Origin: a virus
Taxonomy: Duplodnaviria > Caudoviricetes
Reading direction: 5' to 3' (one strand)
Length of the DNA stretch: 64,000 nt
Virus record (IMG/VR): IMGVR_UViG_3300025924_000001
Span: 47,865-111,864 of that record
Shown here: in pieces, positions 37,876 through 50,760 of the stretch
Position numbering within the stretch: position 1 is the stretch's first letter
How the letters are laid out: every line of letters starts with the position of its first letter
Program-made: the position numbers and the translations under genes
Notes under the pieces: model-generated
What the model saw: only the letters and a program-made list of their open reading frames with translations
Told to the model about the DNA's origin: nothing
The model's database searches: none

Positions 37876-38112
37876 GTGGGTCAGAAGAAGTACGTTCGCG
37901 AGCTAAACGAGCTCGCGGCGAGGTACGGGTTCGGTGAGGCGGAGCTGACCCGGGGCGGTCACCTCGTGGTTCAGCACCTGACGAACCACCGCAAGGTCTT
38001 CGCCGGCTCAACGCAGATGGGCTTCCGGGAGATGCTGAACTTCGAGACGACGATGCGACGTGTGGCACAGCTACCGCCGCTCAAGCCGGGTGAGCCGGAC
38101 GAGGCTCGATAG
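37876..38112 (+). CDS. HicA-like protein
   Basis: REL...A...GF....TRGGH.V..H......VF..ST...R...N....RR. Confidence 0.5.
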   Translation: MGQKKYVRELNELAARYGFGEAELTRGGHLVVQHLTNHRKVFAGSTQMGFREMLNFETTMRRVAQLPPLKPGEPDEAR

Positions 38113-41100
38113 GGTTTACAACGAGGCGCTCACCTGATAGGATTGTCTCAGCAAGGAACGAGGAACGGAGGAACCGATGACCGACACACGGGACACCGCG
38201 AACGAGGCGGCCGCCCACGGCCACTTCGACGTTCGCGCCTACGGCCAGGTGTGGCTCGAGGTCTGCCCCGAGCTGGGAACCGTGAGCCTCGTCAGTCGGG
38301 TGACCGAGGACGAGATCTGCCTGGAGGTTGACCTGATCGACGAGGTCATCACCGCGTTCACCTCCGTCCGTGAGCTGCTGAACGTCGACCCGAGGGAGAA
38401 GAAGAAGTGACGGATCGTCAGATCGCGAAGCCCCTGCCGTTGGAGCTGCGGGCGGCGGTCGACGTCGCGAGCCGCGTGCCCGGCGCCGGCAGGGTGCACG
38501 TCACCGACTACGCGGTGTGGGTGGACGGCGCGGAGCGCTGGGTGTGCCCCAAGTGCCTCAGCGTCTGGGCGAACCACGAGCTGCGCGCCCACCACTACTG
38601 CCCGAACCGGCGGTGCGACCACCCGGTCGCGCCCTGAGGAAGAGATGAGGAACGAATGAGCTTCACTGAGCGAGCCGCGCGAGGCGCGGCTCGGTTCGAC
38701 CAGGTTCGACCCGGCTGGTCCAGTGGGATCAACCCGGGAACCGTGGACGTGCGCTCCTTGAACCGGTGCCCCGCCGGCCAGGTGTTCGGCTCCTTCAGCG
38801 TCGCGCTCAAGGAGCTGGGGATCAACGGTCAGGATCAGGAGACCATCGTCGAGCTGGGCCTGGACGTCCACCCGCACGAGAGCACCCGAAACGGCTACGC
38901 GGCGCTCTCCGCGGCGTGGGAGAGCGAGATCAACGAGCGGGTGAACCGCCGGTGAGCGAGGAGCTGATTCCCGTGAACCGGGAGCTGACCGCCGCGGTGC
39001 CCCTCGTCGTGAACCACCTGCGCGAGCTGAACCGAGACCCCAAGCTGCCCGTCGCCGAGTGCCTCGGCCGGGCGCGGCTGCTGACCGCGGTCGACATCCG
39101 CGTCGAGTTCAAGAGCGATCCCAAGCTGCGCGCCGCGTTCCTGGAGGTCCTGCTCGTCTCGGACGCCGAGATCAAGGAGGTGAGCCGTGGCGCGCGGTGA
39201 GCCCAAGCGTCGGCCCACCCGGGACGAGCTGACTCAGGCCGCGAGCGTCGCGTGGGCGCTGTCCGGGGCGACGAACGTGACCGTGACCGAGTTCGCGGCG
39301 TACGCTCACGGAATCGAGGCGTGGGTGTGCCCGCACTGCCTCGAGGTCACCGACGTGAGCCAGCGGATGCCGCTCGCGCCCGCGAACTGCGAGAGCTGCG
39401 GCGCGCTGCTGCAGCCGTGAGATGAGGGAGGGTGAGCCGGTGACGCTCGAAGAGGGTCCCCTGACCTACCAGGGGGTTCAGGTGGGTTTTGAGATACGGG
39501 AGGCGGACGGCTCGTGGCACCGGGTGACGGGCCACACGGTCAGCCGCGGGGGCGGCATCACGCTTCAGCTCGTCGACGCCAGGACGGGGCAACCCAGCGA
39601 GGTAAGCGGGCCACCGACCACCGTGGTGACGGCGCGGTGGCCGGCGTGGTAGCCCCGGGCGAGAACCCGAAGGTTCGAATCTCGAAGCCGACATGCCAGC
39701 ACGTGGCGAGGGGTTACGTGTGCTGGCCGGCGACGTTCGACCGCGGCCAGCCGCACGCCTCCACCCACACCTGTGACCGCGCGGCCTGCATCGAGGACGC
39801 CGCCCTGTGGGTGGCGGCTCACACGGGCCACCGCGGTGAGTTCCACCCGTTCAGCTAGGAACGACGAAACCAGACCGAGAAAGACGAGACGAGGGAGACG
39901 AGCATGGTGGCGTGGGGACCGCGTGAGGTCGAGTGGCAGCCGACGACGTCGCGCGACGTTCTGGCGAGGCAGATCAAGCCGGGTGACATCGTGCAGAACA
40001 GCACGATGTCCTCGTGGTGGAAGATCGTCAAGATCAGCCGAGCGGATGGCCTCATCGAGATGGAGGGCTACCAGGTGCTGGGGTCGAACGAGCGGGGCAA
40101 GCTGATCATCGGCTCGATTCCCGGCAACCTGACGGCGGCGAGCAACGAGTCCCGGACCATCGGCTTCGCGTGAGCGTGAGTCCCGGGCGAGCGGTTGGCT
40201 CGCCCGGGGCCCTCGAGCACGACGGAGCGAGAGGAGGACCGCGGTGGAGAGTCGGATCACCCGTCAGGACGTCACCTTCGGGATGACCGTTCCCGAGACG
40301 GGAGCGGTGATGGCGGCGTTTGAGATCACGCTGCGAACTCAGGACGGTCGCAGCCACCGGTTCTCGTACGGTGGTCGGGTGAGTGAGATGCTCGCGGGCC
40401 CGATCAGCGTCACCACGGCGACGATGCTCACGGTCGAGAGCCGACCGTCACCGCCGAGCTTGCGGCGGCAGCTGACGACGACGCTATGGGACAATCGGAA
40501 CGCGACCCTGGATGATCAGGTGGCGGCGCTGCTGGAAGCGATCAGCGAGCGACCGAGCCTGCTGGATGACCTCGAGGAGCTGACGAGCGGTGACCGTGAC
40601 TGACCACGTCGTCATCGACGGTCGAAACCCCCGGCTGATGGAGGAGGTGCGGTCGCGGCTGACCTACCTGCGTGAGCTGCACCTCGCCCAGCTCGGTGGG
40701 GCTCGTCGAGCCGGCAAGGCAACCGCGCGGCGCGTCATCTCGATGACGTACGCCCTGGAAACGGTGGCGCGGTTGCACTACCACGAGGAGGGAACCGACG
40801 CGGTTCACTGGGTCACGTGCGAGCTGTGCTACACGGAGAGCGCGTGCCCCACCCTGCGGCAGGTCGCCGCGGGCGTGGGGATCCAGGTACCGTGAGCGAG
40901 CGACGAGAGGAGACGGTGACGTGAGGGTGGTCAAGGGAGCGTTCGTGGGACTGAGCGTGACGCCGCACCAGTTCTGCAACGACTGGGTGATGGTGAAGGA
41001 GTGGCCGAAGGAGGTGTTCTCGCCGCTCATGCTGCGGCTCGAGTCGGCGGAGGAGCACGACTTCTTTCGGAACGACCCCGAGCCGGGGGTCTTCTGGGAC

Positions 41101-41934
41101 CTGTTCGACATCGCCCGGGACGGCTGCTTCGTGCGGAAGGTCACGCGGTGAGCAAGTTCAAGGTGGAGCGGTACTGCCTATGCGGTGCCGAGATGATCAT
41201 CGAGAGCGACGGCCTCAGCGTCATCCGGGACACCGACGTCGAGTTCACGCGACGGCACACCGGCGTCGGTCACGTGCCGTGCACCAAGCGGCAGGCCGCG
41301 AGGGCTCGCCGGCGGCAGCTGATCCGGGACGCGGAGGAGCTGGGACGCGATGAGTGACGACGCGAACGATTGGACCACGGCTCGGCACGACTTCTGGGGC
41401 CTGCCGAACGGTGATGTGCTGCAGAGCCACGACGTGACCGCGTGCGACGGCTTTCCGTGCCCCCTGCACGACCCGTCGGACCACCCGCTTCGGTACGCGC
41501 CGCTGAACTGGCGATCGGACCGCTACCTCATGGAGCGAATCTGCCCGTGTGGGGTCGGCCACCCCGACCCGGACCACCTGATCCACGTGAGCCGGCTCTA
41601 CAGCGAGGGCGTCGCGTGGGGTCAGAGCACCCACGGCTGCTGCCCGCGAGGGTGCTGCCGTGCCTGACGCCGACCACGAGGAGTTCGCGGCGGAGGCGAG
41701 TCGACCCGCAGGCTACACCGACCTCGGGCTGTCGGACAAGGTGGGCTGGGACGTTCACGGTCACGTCTACGTCAACGACGAGCGGTGCTGCTGCCGCTGG
41801 TGGTTGACGCGATACCTGAACCGAGCGGTGGGGTGCCACCTGTGAACCCGAGCTAACCCTGGCCAAAAGTGTTTACAACTGGTACGATTGCAGTAGTTGA
41901 TCGGAACCAGGAACCGAACGAAAGGAGCACGAGA

Positions 41935-42195
41935 ATGGCGAGCGTGGAGCAGGTACAGGGCCAGATCGGCCTGGCCAAGGAGCAGGCCGACCGCGGCCTG
42001 ACGGCGCTGCAGGAGGCTGAGACCCAGATCACCCAGGCCCAGCAGTCCTTCCAGGAGGCCGCGCAGGGCAGCAACCAGTCCGAGGCCAGCGACGTGAACA
42101 ACGCATTCACGCACGCCCTGCAGAAGATCAGCGAGGCGCGGGACACGACCATGGCCGCGGTCAGCAACGCCGAGTCCTACGCGGGTCGGCTGTGA
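41935..42195 (+). CDS. WXG100-like helical hairpin protein
   Basis: 86 aa, Ala/Gln-rich helix-turn(AQGS)-helix, C-terminal ESYAGRL; own promoter and AAAGGAG SD. Confidence 0.5.
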   Translation: MASVEQVQGQIGLAKEQADRGLTALQEAETQITQAQQSFQEAAQGSNQSEASDVNNAFTHALQKISEARDTTMAAVSNAESYAGRL

Positions 42196-42928
42196 ACGCC
42201 GGCGAGGGTGCGATCGCGACGGTCACGCGGTCGTCGGAGCGAGAGCGGGTCGAGCGCGGCGCGGCGCTGCTGAGCGAGCGCCGCCCCGACTGGTACTGGA
42301 ACGTCAACCTGAGCGACCTCGACATCCAGAGCCTCAAGCGGTGCGTGCTCGGGCAGCTGTACGGCGGCTACAACGTGGGGCTCAGCGAGCTCAACCTGCG
42401 AGCCTACAACGAGGACCGTCACCACGGCTTCGACGCGTACGCCGAGAACTACTCGAGGGAGGCCCTCCTGGTTCTCACCGACGAGTGGTGTCGAGTGATC
42501 ACCGAGCTGCGGGCCGCGAACCCGTGAGCGCTCAGGGTGCGGCGGACGGCCTGCCAACGTGCGACACCTGTGGATCACTCGCGGTCTGGAACGAGACGCT
42601 GGGCTGGGTTCACAGCACCGAGCGGTGGCCCCACGGCGTGCCGCCGCACCTGAACCGTTTCGGCCACGAGGCGACCGCGGTCGCGTGGGTGAGGGGCGAG
42701 AGCCGTGGCTAAGATGAAGGCCCGCGTGCGCTGCCCGTTCTGCAACAAGCCAAACGTCGTCGTGACGATCAGCGCCCGTGAGCGCGGCACCGCCGTCGTC
42801 ACGAGCCTGCACACGCACACCGGGTTCTACGTCGATGAGCGCACCGGCGAGCCGCTGCGCTGCACGGGCGTCGGCAAGTCAATCAGGAATCAGGACCTGC
42901 CCCCGATGAACGAGTGGGAGGAGTGGTG

Positions 42929-43156
42929 ATGAGCGATCTGCGAGGATCCGACGAGGCGTTCCACGTCAGCAGCTACTGTCAGGATGGTGGCTGCGTGGCC
43001 GCGACCCGGGTCGTGACCCTCGACGGTGAGGAGCGCGTTCACCTGTTCAGCACCGTCGACGGCGGCAACACGTTCACGCGAAACGAGTGGGACGCGTTCG
43101 TCGCCGGCGTCGTGAACGGTGAGTTCGACTGGCACCGCCTGGGCGTGACGCCGTGA
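42929..43156 (+). CDS. DUF397 family protein
   Basis: F..SSYC..GGCV.......F...EW.AFVAGV..GEFD. Confidence 0.75.
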   Translation: MSDLRGSDEAFHVSSYCQDGGCVAATRVVTLDGEERVHLFSTVDGGNTFTRNEWDAFVAGVVNGEFDWHRLGVTP

Positions 43157-43503
43157 CGCAGGACGAGGCGTTGCTGGCGTGGCTGCGGGTCGCGCTGACC
43201 GCGGCGCGTGAGCTGACTGAGCAGCTCAGCGCGAACGGTCGACCCGACCCGCTGTACCGGTTCGAGGACGGTCGGTCGGGTCCAAGCCTCGGTCCCCGGG
43301 CGTTCCTCGACGGGGTCAAGGTCGACGAGGCGCTCGTCGCGGAGCACACCACCGGCGGCAAGCCGTGGTGCTCCCGCTGCGTTCCCGACCGCGACGCGCT
43401 CGGTGAGCCCCCGGCCGCGGTGGGACCGTGCCGGACGCTCGTGTTCGTGGCCGCCCGGTACCGCAGCGTGATCCCCGGCTGGCGTGGGGAGTGGGCGACG
43501 TGA
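43153..43503 (+). CDS. DUF6221-like protein
   Basis: L.AWL at the N-terminus; C..C...PCRTL..A..Y...PGWR.EW at the C-terminus. Confidence 0.55.
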   Translation: MTQDEALLAWLRVALTAARELTEQLSANGRPDPLYRFEDGRSGPSLGPRAFLDGVKVDEALVAEHTTGGKPWCSRCVPDRDALGEPPAAVGPCRTLVFVAARYRSVIPGWRGEWAT

Positions 43504-46500
43504 CCCGGGAGGACGGTGGCTCAACGGGCGACGCGTGCCTCGCCCACGGCGTTCACGAGCCGCTCGGCTCGGACGGGGTGCGCTGCCCGAGCTGCCGTCA
43601 CGGCTACGCGACCGAGTCGGAGCTGGTCGACGCGTACAACCGGGACGTCGTGTGGCTGCTGAACCGGGTTCGAGAGCCCGGCAAGCCGCCCCTGCGAACC
43701 GCGCCGAGCGCCCTCTACGTGTCGATCTGCCCGGTCTGCGGGTCCGAGCTGACCCCGCCCCGGCGGCTGCCGTGATCCTGGTGTGGGCGTACGTCGCCGG
43801 TGCGATCGGCTACCTCGCGTCGCGGGTCGTCTACGTGGCGCAGGAGCCTGGCCAGCTCGCGAACCTGCTGAACACGGTCGACGCCCTGCCGCTGCCGCGG
43901 TGGGTCGGCCGCACCATCGTGGTGGGGATGCTGGTCCTGATGAGCGCCGGTTGGCCGGTGAGCGTCGCGTTCCAGTTCCTGGGACGCGGCAAGCGGAACG
44001 GAACGAGGGGAGAGAACGAGTGAGCGTGGAGACCGCGATCCTCAGCCAGCTGCTGCGGGGCATGGCGCGCCGCAGCACGTACTGGCGACGCCAGCGGAAC
44101 CACGCGCTCGGCAAGCGCGACCAGGCGTTGCGCGACACCCGCAGTGCGCTCGCCGCGACCGGGAACGCGCTCGGCCTGCGCGTGGTGGCGCACCCCAGTG
44201 ACCTTCGTCGTGCGGCCCTGGAGCTGCGCGCGAACCTGCTTGAGCGGGACGAGCGGCTTCGGCAGTGCTACGACGCGATCACGACACTTCTCGGGGACGG
44301 CGGGGACGGACCGGCCGCGCGTCGCGAGGCCGAGCTGCTCGAGGTCGGGGTTGAGGACCTCAGTCACGAGGAGCTGCGCGGCCTGGTTGCGGAGCTTCGG
44401 GAGGCGCTCGACACGTGCCGCGAGCTGAACCGGGGCTGGGCGCGGTACGGCGAGCGAGTCCGCGAGGAGCGGCGCAGCCACGCGGAGCTGACCCGGGAGC
44501 TGCGCGAGCTTAAGGCGGAGCGAGAGGGTGAGGCACGATGACCGACGCTCAGTTGGAGCGCGCGACCGAGGCGGTGCGGCGCTGCCACGGACCCAACGCC
44601 GAGGTGGAACCGACCGCATCCACCGAGTTCTACCGCTACGTGGCGGCTGAGGCGCTTCGGGCGGCGCGGCCGACGAGCGTGCACGACCGTGCCGTCGCGG
44701 CGCTCGCCGCGTGGCTGAACGGCTCCGACCACGAGGTGGAGAACCACCTGTACCACGCCGCGGAGGCCGCGCTGCGGCTGCTGAACCGCGAGGAGCTCGG
44801 CTGGCTCGGGGTTCACCTCGAGGCACGAGCCGAGACGTCCCTGCACGAGGATGAGGAGACACCGTGACGAGGCACCACCGGGCCCGGATCGAGACGGCCT
44901 CCCGGAACCTGCGTAGCGCGCGGTGCGTGGGCGGCCCGCACCACGGTGAGCGCCGCCTGCTCGCGGCGGGCGAGACGTCCCTCGTGGTTCCCGGGTGGAC
45001 GACGTTCCGGTACGAGCTGCGCGAGACGACCCGCGGTGAGGCGGTCCTGGAGTGGTCCTTCGTGCACCAGCCGAGCGAGGACGAGGGGCGGCGCTGAGCG
45101 TGCGGATCAGGCACACGGCCGCGGTCGCGCGGCACCCCTGGCCCGAGGGCACGTTCCTGCAGGGCGGCGAGCGCGGCCTCGTGCTCACGGTGGAGGGCTC
45201 CTACCGCACCGCATTCGTGGAAGGGTCCCCGCCGGATGGCCCAGGGCCGGGGACGTTTCTGCGCGGCGAGGGCGCGACGCTCAGCGAGGCGGAGGACGCC
45301 TGCTGGGCGAGGTACCAGGCAATCGTCACCTGTCCAGCGCACCCGAGCCACGGGCCGTTCGAGCGCCGACACTACCGCAACGGCGCGGGGTTCTGCGAGC
45401 GGTGTGGCAGCTGGTTCTCGAGGGTGCTACCGCCGCTGGGTGAGAGCCAGGCTTACGGGCTGAGCGCCTTGGAGCGCGCCCTGACCGACGTGACCGGGGA
45501 GGCCGCCGTCGAGCTGCTGCGGCGGTACGCCGCCCCGGATGATGAGGAGCCGACCGGTGACCCTGGAGCGGTGTGAGGTCTGCGGCGGCGCGAACGTCAC
45601 CTACGCGGCGTTCAGCGGCGGCCGCGAGTACTGGTGCGGAACCTGCGAGAGCAACCACCCGTGGCCCGAGGAGCAGCTGCCGCCGCGGCTCAAGCTGCTG
45701 CGGGCGGGCCGCCACGCGGAGCTGCGCGAGCTGATGCACCGCGAGCTGCACGACGCGCCCCAGGGCGTGAACGCGATCCGCACCTACTACCAGTGGCTGC
45801 GGTCCAGCGACGAGATCGAAACCAACGAGACGAGGGAGACGACGTGACGAAGCAAGCGAGCGAGGGCCAGGGCAACGAGCGGGGCGACGAGGGCGCCCCC
45901 GGCAGCGGCAAGGTCGGCGCGATCCGGGGCACGACCCGCGTGGTCGTGCACAACGCCAAGCACCTGGCCGGCAAGGCCAAGGGCAAGCTCGGTGGGACCG
46001 GCAAGTGAGCGAGAACCGGCACGGCTCGGCGACCGTCGAGCTGCACGACTGCCACGGTGACCCGGGTTGCTGCGGGTCGCCGGGCGACGCAACCGAGGGG
46101 GACGAGTGAGCGAGAAAACGATGCGACAGCCAGCAGCTGAGACCGCTCGGGAGGTACTGGATGAGGTACGGGAGAGCCTGCGCTACCGTGACAGTTGGGT
46201 AAGCCGGGACCGCGAGACCGAGCTGAAGCTGAGGCTCGCGGGCGAGCTGACGCGCCTCGCTCTCCTGGAGCTCGAGGTGGCCCGCGACGCACGAGCCGCG
46301 ACGTGGCCGGGTCCGACCGCGTTCCTTGGGACGGGGCTGCCGACGTGAGCGGCGCCTGGGACGGGACCCGAATCCTGCGCTGCCAGGACGGGCCGTGGCA
46401 CGGTGAGGAGCGCGTGTGGTCCGGGGAGGACCTCGAGGTGGAGGGCCGCACGGACGGGCTCTACGTGGCGTGGCCGAGCCGGGACCCGAACCGCCTGATC

Positions 46501-46955
46501 TGGTCGATCGAGCGGCGGCCGGGGTGGAACCGGTGAGCGCCGTCGACGCCCGTCCCGAGACGGAGCTGGCGGACGCCCTGTGGCGAGCCGCCGCAACCGC
46601 GATGTACGGAGCGGCGCACGGTCCCGCGACGAGCCGCAAGGCACGGCTCGCCACGGCTGCAGTCCTGCGTGAGCTCGCCACGGAGTCACGGCGGGCTGAG
46701 TCGAACGCGCACGAGTGGCTGAGCGGGCTCGCGACGGCCGTGACGACGGGGGAGGACCGGTGAGCGCGCCTGACGCGCCGTACCTGACCGTCGGTCGGCT
46801 CCGGGCGCGGCTCGCGGAGCTCGAGGCGGCGTTCCCGGAGCAGGACGTGAACGAGTGGGCGGTGGGCGCGGGAACGCCGACGTCGTTTCAGCTCGGCAGC
46901 GGTGACGTCGTCCACGTCAACCTGCCGCACCTGCGCTGCGTGGAGGTGCGGCTTC

Positions 46956-47384
46956 TTGAGCTCTAGCGGTGAGACCGAGTGCGCCCGCTGCGGGGACTGC
47001 TGCGACCCCGTGACCGTGAGCTTCCACGTGGAGACGTACGCGCCGCGTCGGCTCGCCGAGCCGGACCTGAGCCCCGAGGCCCGCGAGAACTGCGAGTTCA
47101 TGCTCGCGCACTGGACGACCACGGCCAGCCTCGTCCGGGAGGGCGAGGCTGGCGAGGTGACGGTCGGGTACGAGGTGCGGTGCGACGCGTTCGACCCGGC
47201 GGCGCGGCTCTGCGGGGCGCACGAGGCGCGGCCCCCGGTGTGCCGGGACTTCCCGTGGTACGGCCGCGCCGTGGACGACGTCGAGGGCCGCGCGGTCGTG
47301 GCGGACGGCCTGTCGCCGCGGTGCTCGTTCAACCGGGACGTGCCCGGCCGCACGTTCCTTCCCCTGACGGTGGTGACCCGGTGA
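46956..47384 (+). CDS. YkgJ-family cysteine-cluster protein
   Basis: CARCGDCC...C.AFD....C..H..RP.VCR.FP; GGAGG SD before TTG. Confidence 0.75.
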   Translation: MSSSGETECARCGDCCDPVTVSFHVETYAPRRLAEPDLSPEARENCEFMLAHWTTTASLVREGEAGEVTVGYEVRCDAFDPAARLCGAHEARPPVCRDFPWYGRAVDDVEGRAVVADGLSPRCSFNRDVPGRTFLPLTVVTR

Positions 47385-50034
47385 CGGAGACGAAGGTGGA
47401 GGCGGAAGTGGAAGCGGAATCGAAGACGGAAGTGGAGCCGACGGTGACGCCGACCGAGGACGAGCGTGAGCTGGCCCGGCGGGTCCTCGCCGCGCCCCTC
47501 GACGAGCGCGCGGCCGGGATCGGCGGCGCGACGACGGTGCGCGGGTACCTGGTGGCGCTGCTGTGGACGCTGTGGGACGAGAACGAGGGCTTCTCCCCGA
47601 AGCGCCCGTTCGGGGACAGCAACTGGGAGCTCGACCTTCACGGGTCGCTGTGGGCGGCCGGCCTCGTCCGCGGCGAGACCGACGAGGACGGTGACCTGGC
47701 GGACGTCGACGAGGACGAGGCGGACCGCCTGGTGCGGCTCGCGATCCGGGAGCTGGGTGAGCCGACGTGACCGTCTACCGCCGCGTGGTGAACCAGAACG
47801 TGGGCAACCAGACCGTCGTGGAGACCCTCGAGTGCGGGCACGACCTGACCCTGTACCGCCAGGTCCGGGGCGGCCGCGTGACCTGGGCCACGACGCGCGG
47901 CCAGGCGACGGGCCTGAGCACGAAGAGCCGGGAGTGCGAGCCGTGCACCGCCGAGGCGGCGCGCGCCGACGAGGAGCGGACGCGGGGGTGGCGCGAGTGA
48001 GCGACGGGAGGCACCCCTACACGTGCGCGCGGTGCGGGGCGCGGGGCGTGCGGATCTTCCGCCCCGGCGGGACCTTCTTCCGGCCGGCGGACCTGCGGTG
48101 CGCGGAGTGCGTGGTCCTGGGGTCGGGCGCGGACCCGCGGAGCGAGGTGGCGGCGCACCGTCGGACCCCGGTGCAGCTGTGCGGGTACGTGGCGGCGGTG
48201 CCGTCACCGGACGGGCTGCCGTGGGGGATCACGTCGATCCCGCCGGCGGACCTCGCCGCGTGGCTGGCGCTGCCGGTGCTGCCGTGAACGGCCCGACCTG
48301 GAACGGGGCCGCGGCGCGCGTCCTCACGTGGTGGCTCGAGGACGCGCGCGAGGCGCGCCGCGCCGGCTCGCTGCGAGCGCCGCCGTGGGGCCACGGCGCG
48401 GGCAAGCCGACGGGGCCAGCACCGACCACGGGGGCGCGCGGGCCGAGCTGGGACCGCGCCCTGGTGGATGAGCTCGCGCCGCTCGTGGACCTGGTTGAGG
48501 CGGCGCGGCTCCTGACGCGGCCCCGGGACCTCGTGGACGAGTGCGTGGCCGTGACCCTGCGGGAGCCGACGTGGCTCGGTGAGGCCGGGTGAGCGACCCG
48601 CGGTGGCCGTGGCTCGACGGGTTCCACGAGGCCGAGACGCACCCCCAGCTGCCCTGGACCGAGGGGTTCGAGCCGGGGCCGATGGACCCCGACGACGTCG
48701 TCGAGGTGAAGCCGCGAACGAGGAACGAGGGAGAGGAGCCGAGATGAGGTACCGCTACACGCTGAGCCTCGTGGTGAACGAGAGGCTCAGCCACGGCGCG
48801 CGGGACGGCCTGTGCGACGCCGTGACCGACGCCGTGGAGAGCGACGAGGACGTGGAGGTCCTGGAGGCGGTCCGGTTCGAGACGGGGCCGGAGGTCCTGC
48901 CGTGACCGACCCGGTGGCCGCGGCGCGCGAGCTGCTGGCCACGGTGACGGACCGCCTGCGCCGCGGCTACGTGGTCAGTGACCCCGACGCGCGGCTGAAC
49001 GAGCTGCGCGTGGCGACCGCGACGGCGTGGCTGGCGCTGGCGCGCGAGGCGCGGCTGGCGACCAGCCAAGGTGGCGACTGAGGAGGGCGATGAGGTGACG
49101 AGCGGCGACCCCAAGGACGAGTGCGCGTGCGGGCACCTCCGGCAGGCGCACCGCCACCCGATCAGCGGGAACGAGGTGGCGTGCCGGGCGACGGTGAAGC
49201 GGGTCCGTGATCCCAGGCGGTCGCTGGGCGTCGTGGTGCCGTGCCCGTGCGAGCGGTTCACGCCGTGGGGCCCAACCGAGAGGAAGGAGAGCTGATGGGC
49301 AACTGGGAGAGCCAGGTGCTGCCGCCGTCCCTGAGCGAGCGCCTGGACGTGCGCGCCGAGGTCGTGAACGGGGACGACGAGGTGCTGCTGGACCTGCTCG
49401 GTGGGGCCACGGAGCGCGTGACGCTGACGAGCCTGCAGGCCAGGCAGCTGGGTGAGGCGCTGTACCTGGCGAGCGCGGCCGCGGGCTGGGCGCGGTTCCG
49501 ACGCGAGACGGAGGGCGAGTGAGCACGTACAGCAGCGACCCCGAGCTGCGGGCGACGAGCGACGGCCGGGACCTCGACGTCGCGAGCAGCCCGATGGACC
49601 GGCTGATCCGCGTCCTGGCGTTCGACCTGCCCCAGGCCGGGGCCGACACCGAGCTGTACCTGACCGCGGCCGACGGCGAGGCGCTGGCCGAGGCGATCCT
49701 GCGGCAGGTGGCGCGGCTGCGCTGGTGGGAGGAGCGGTGATGGCGCGGGCGAGCGCGGTGTGGGTGGTCCTGGACGGCGGGCGGGGCGCGCCGGTGGCGG
49801 GGTTCACGGTGAAGCACGAGCTCGTGCTGTGGCTGAGCCGGCGGGCGAGCCTGGAGGACCTGGAGGTGTGGCGCTGCGACGACGGGCCGTGGCAGGGCGA
49901 GCCGGTGCGCGTGGACCCCGGGGACCTGCGGTCGCGGGTGACGCGGGTGGTGGAGCCGTAGGGGCGACGCGGTGGCGGCCGGGTGGGCGCCACGGTACGC
50001 TGGCCGTGGCCGACGAGCGAGAGGGGACCGACCC

Positions 50035-50547
50035 GTGACCTTCGTCGACGCGACGCCGTCGCGCCGCCTCGCCCTGGCCGCCGCGGTGGATCTGCTGAGC
50101 CCGCTGGGCGAGGCGGACGCCGCGCGCGTGACCGCCACGGCTCAGGCCCTGTTCGCGTGGCTCGTGGGCCCCGCGTTCCTGGTCGTGACGCCGGGGACGG
50201 TCGTGAGCCAGGCGACCGGTCAGCCAACCGGAACGCCCACCCCCACCGGAGGAACGATGCAGCTGCACGACAACGAGCAGGTCACCCTCACCGTCGCGGA
50301 GGCGGACGCCAAGGGCGTCGCGCTCCAGGACACCCTGACGTGGACCGTCGACCAGGCGACGGTGGCGACGCTCCAGGTGAGCGCGGACACGCAGTCGGCG
50401 CTCCTGGTGGCCGGCCTGCCGGGCTCCGCGGTCGTCACCGTCACCGATGGCGCGCTGAGCGCCACCCTGGCGGTGGACGTGGTGCCGGGCGGCGTGGCCA
50501 CGATCACGGTCACGCCGGGCACGCCGGAGCCGCAGCCGACCGCCTGA
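50035..50547 (+). CDS. Ig-like domain protein with in-frame internal start at 50257
   Basis: Ig-fold pattern (LTWT..D..VATL...A...G...VTVT); GGAGG SD before ATG 50257. Confidence 0.55.
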   Translation: MTFVDATPSRRLALAAAVDLLSPLGEADAARVTATAQALFAWLVGPAFLVVTPGTVVSQATGQPTGTPTPTGGTMQLHDNEQVTLTVAEADAKGVALQDTLTWTVDQATVATLQVSADTQSALLVAGLPGSAVVTVTDGALSATLAVDVVPGGVATITVTPGTPEPQPTA

Positions 50548-50560
50548 GGCGCGACGCGGG

Positions 50561-50596
50561 AGCGCCCCACCCCGGCTCGGGGTGGGGCGCTTCTTT
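50561..50596 (+). terminator. Intrinsic terminator ending the plus-strand block
   Basis: 13-bp stem agcgccccacccc/ggggtggggcgct followed by TCTTT. Confidence 0.8.
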
Positions 50597-50760
50597 AATT
50601 GATGAGAATTTTCAAGGGGTGGTCTTCGCTCGCGGATGTGAGGGGGTAGTGTGCGCGAGCGCGCGGCCCTATATAGTTGAGTCACACCCGCCATCGTTAG
50701 CGAGCGTGGCTCTCAAGCTGAGGCAGCGGGGCGCCCCTGGTGGGCGCCCCGCTTCTCACG

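Larger units (their letters stand above)
35298..50547 (+). other. Dense block of roughly 50 small, mostly translationally coupled hypothetical ORFs
   Basis: Repeated GTGA/ATGA overlaps, high GC3 on the plus strand, many CxxC motifs; promoters at 35240, 38115 and about 41860. Confidence 0.75.
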
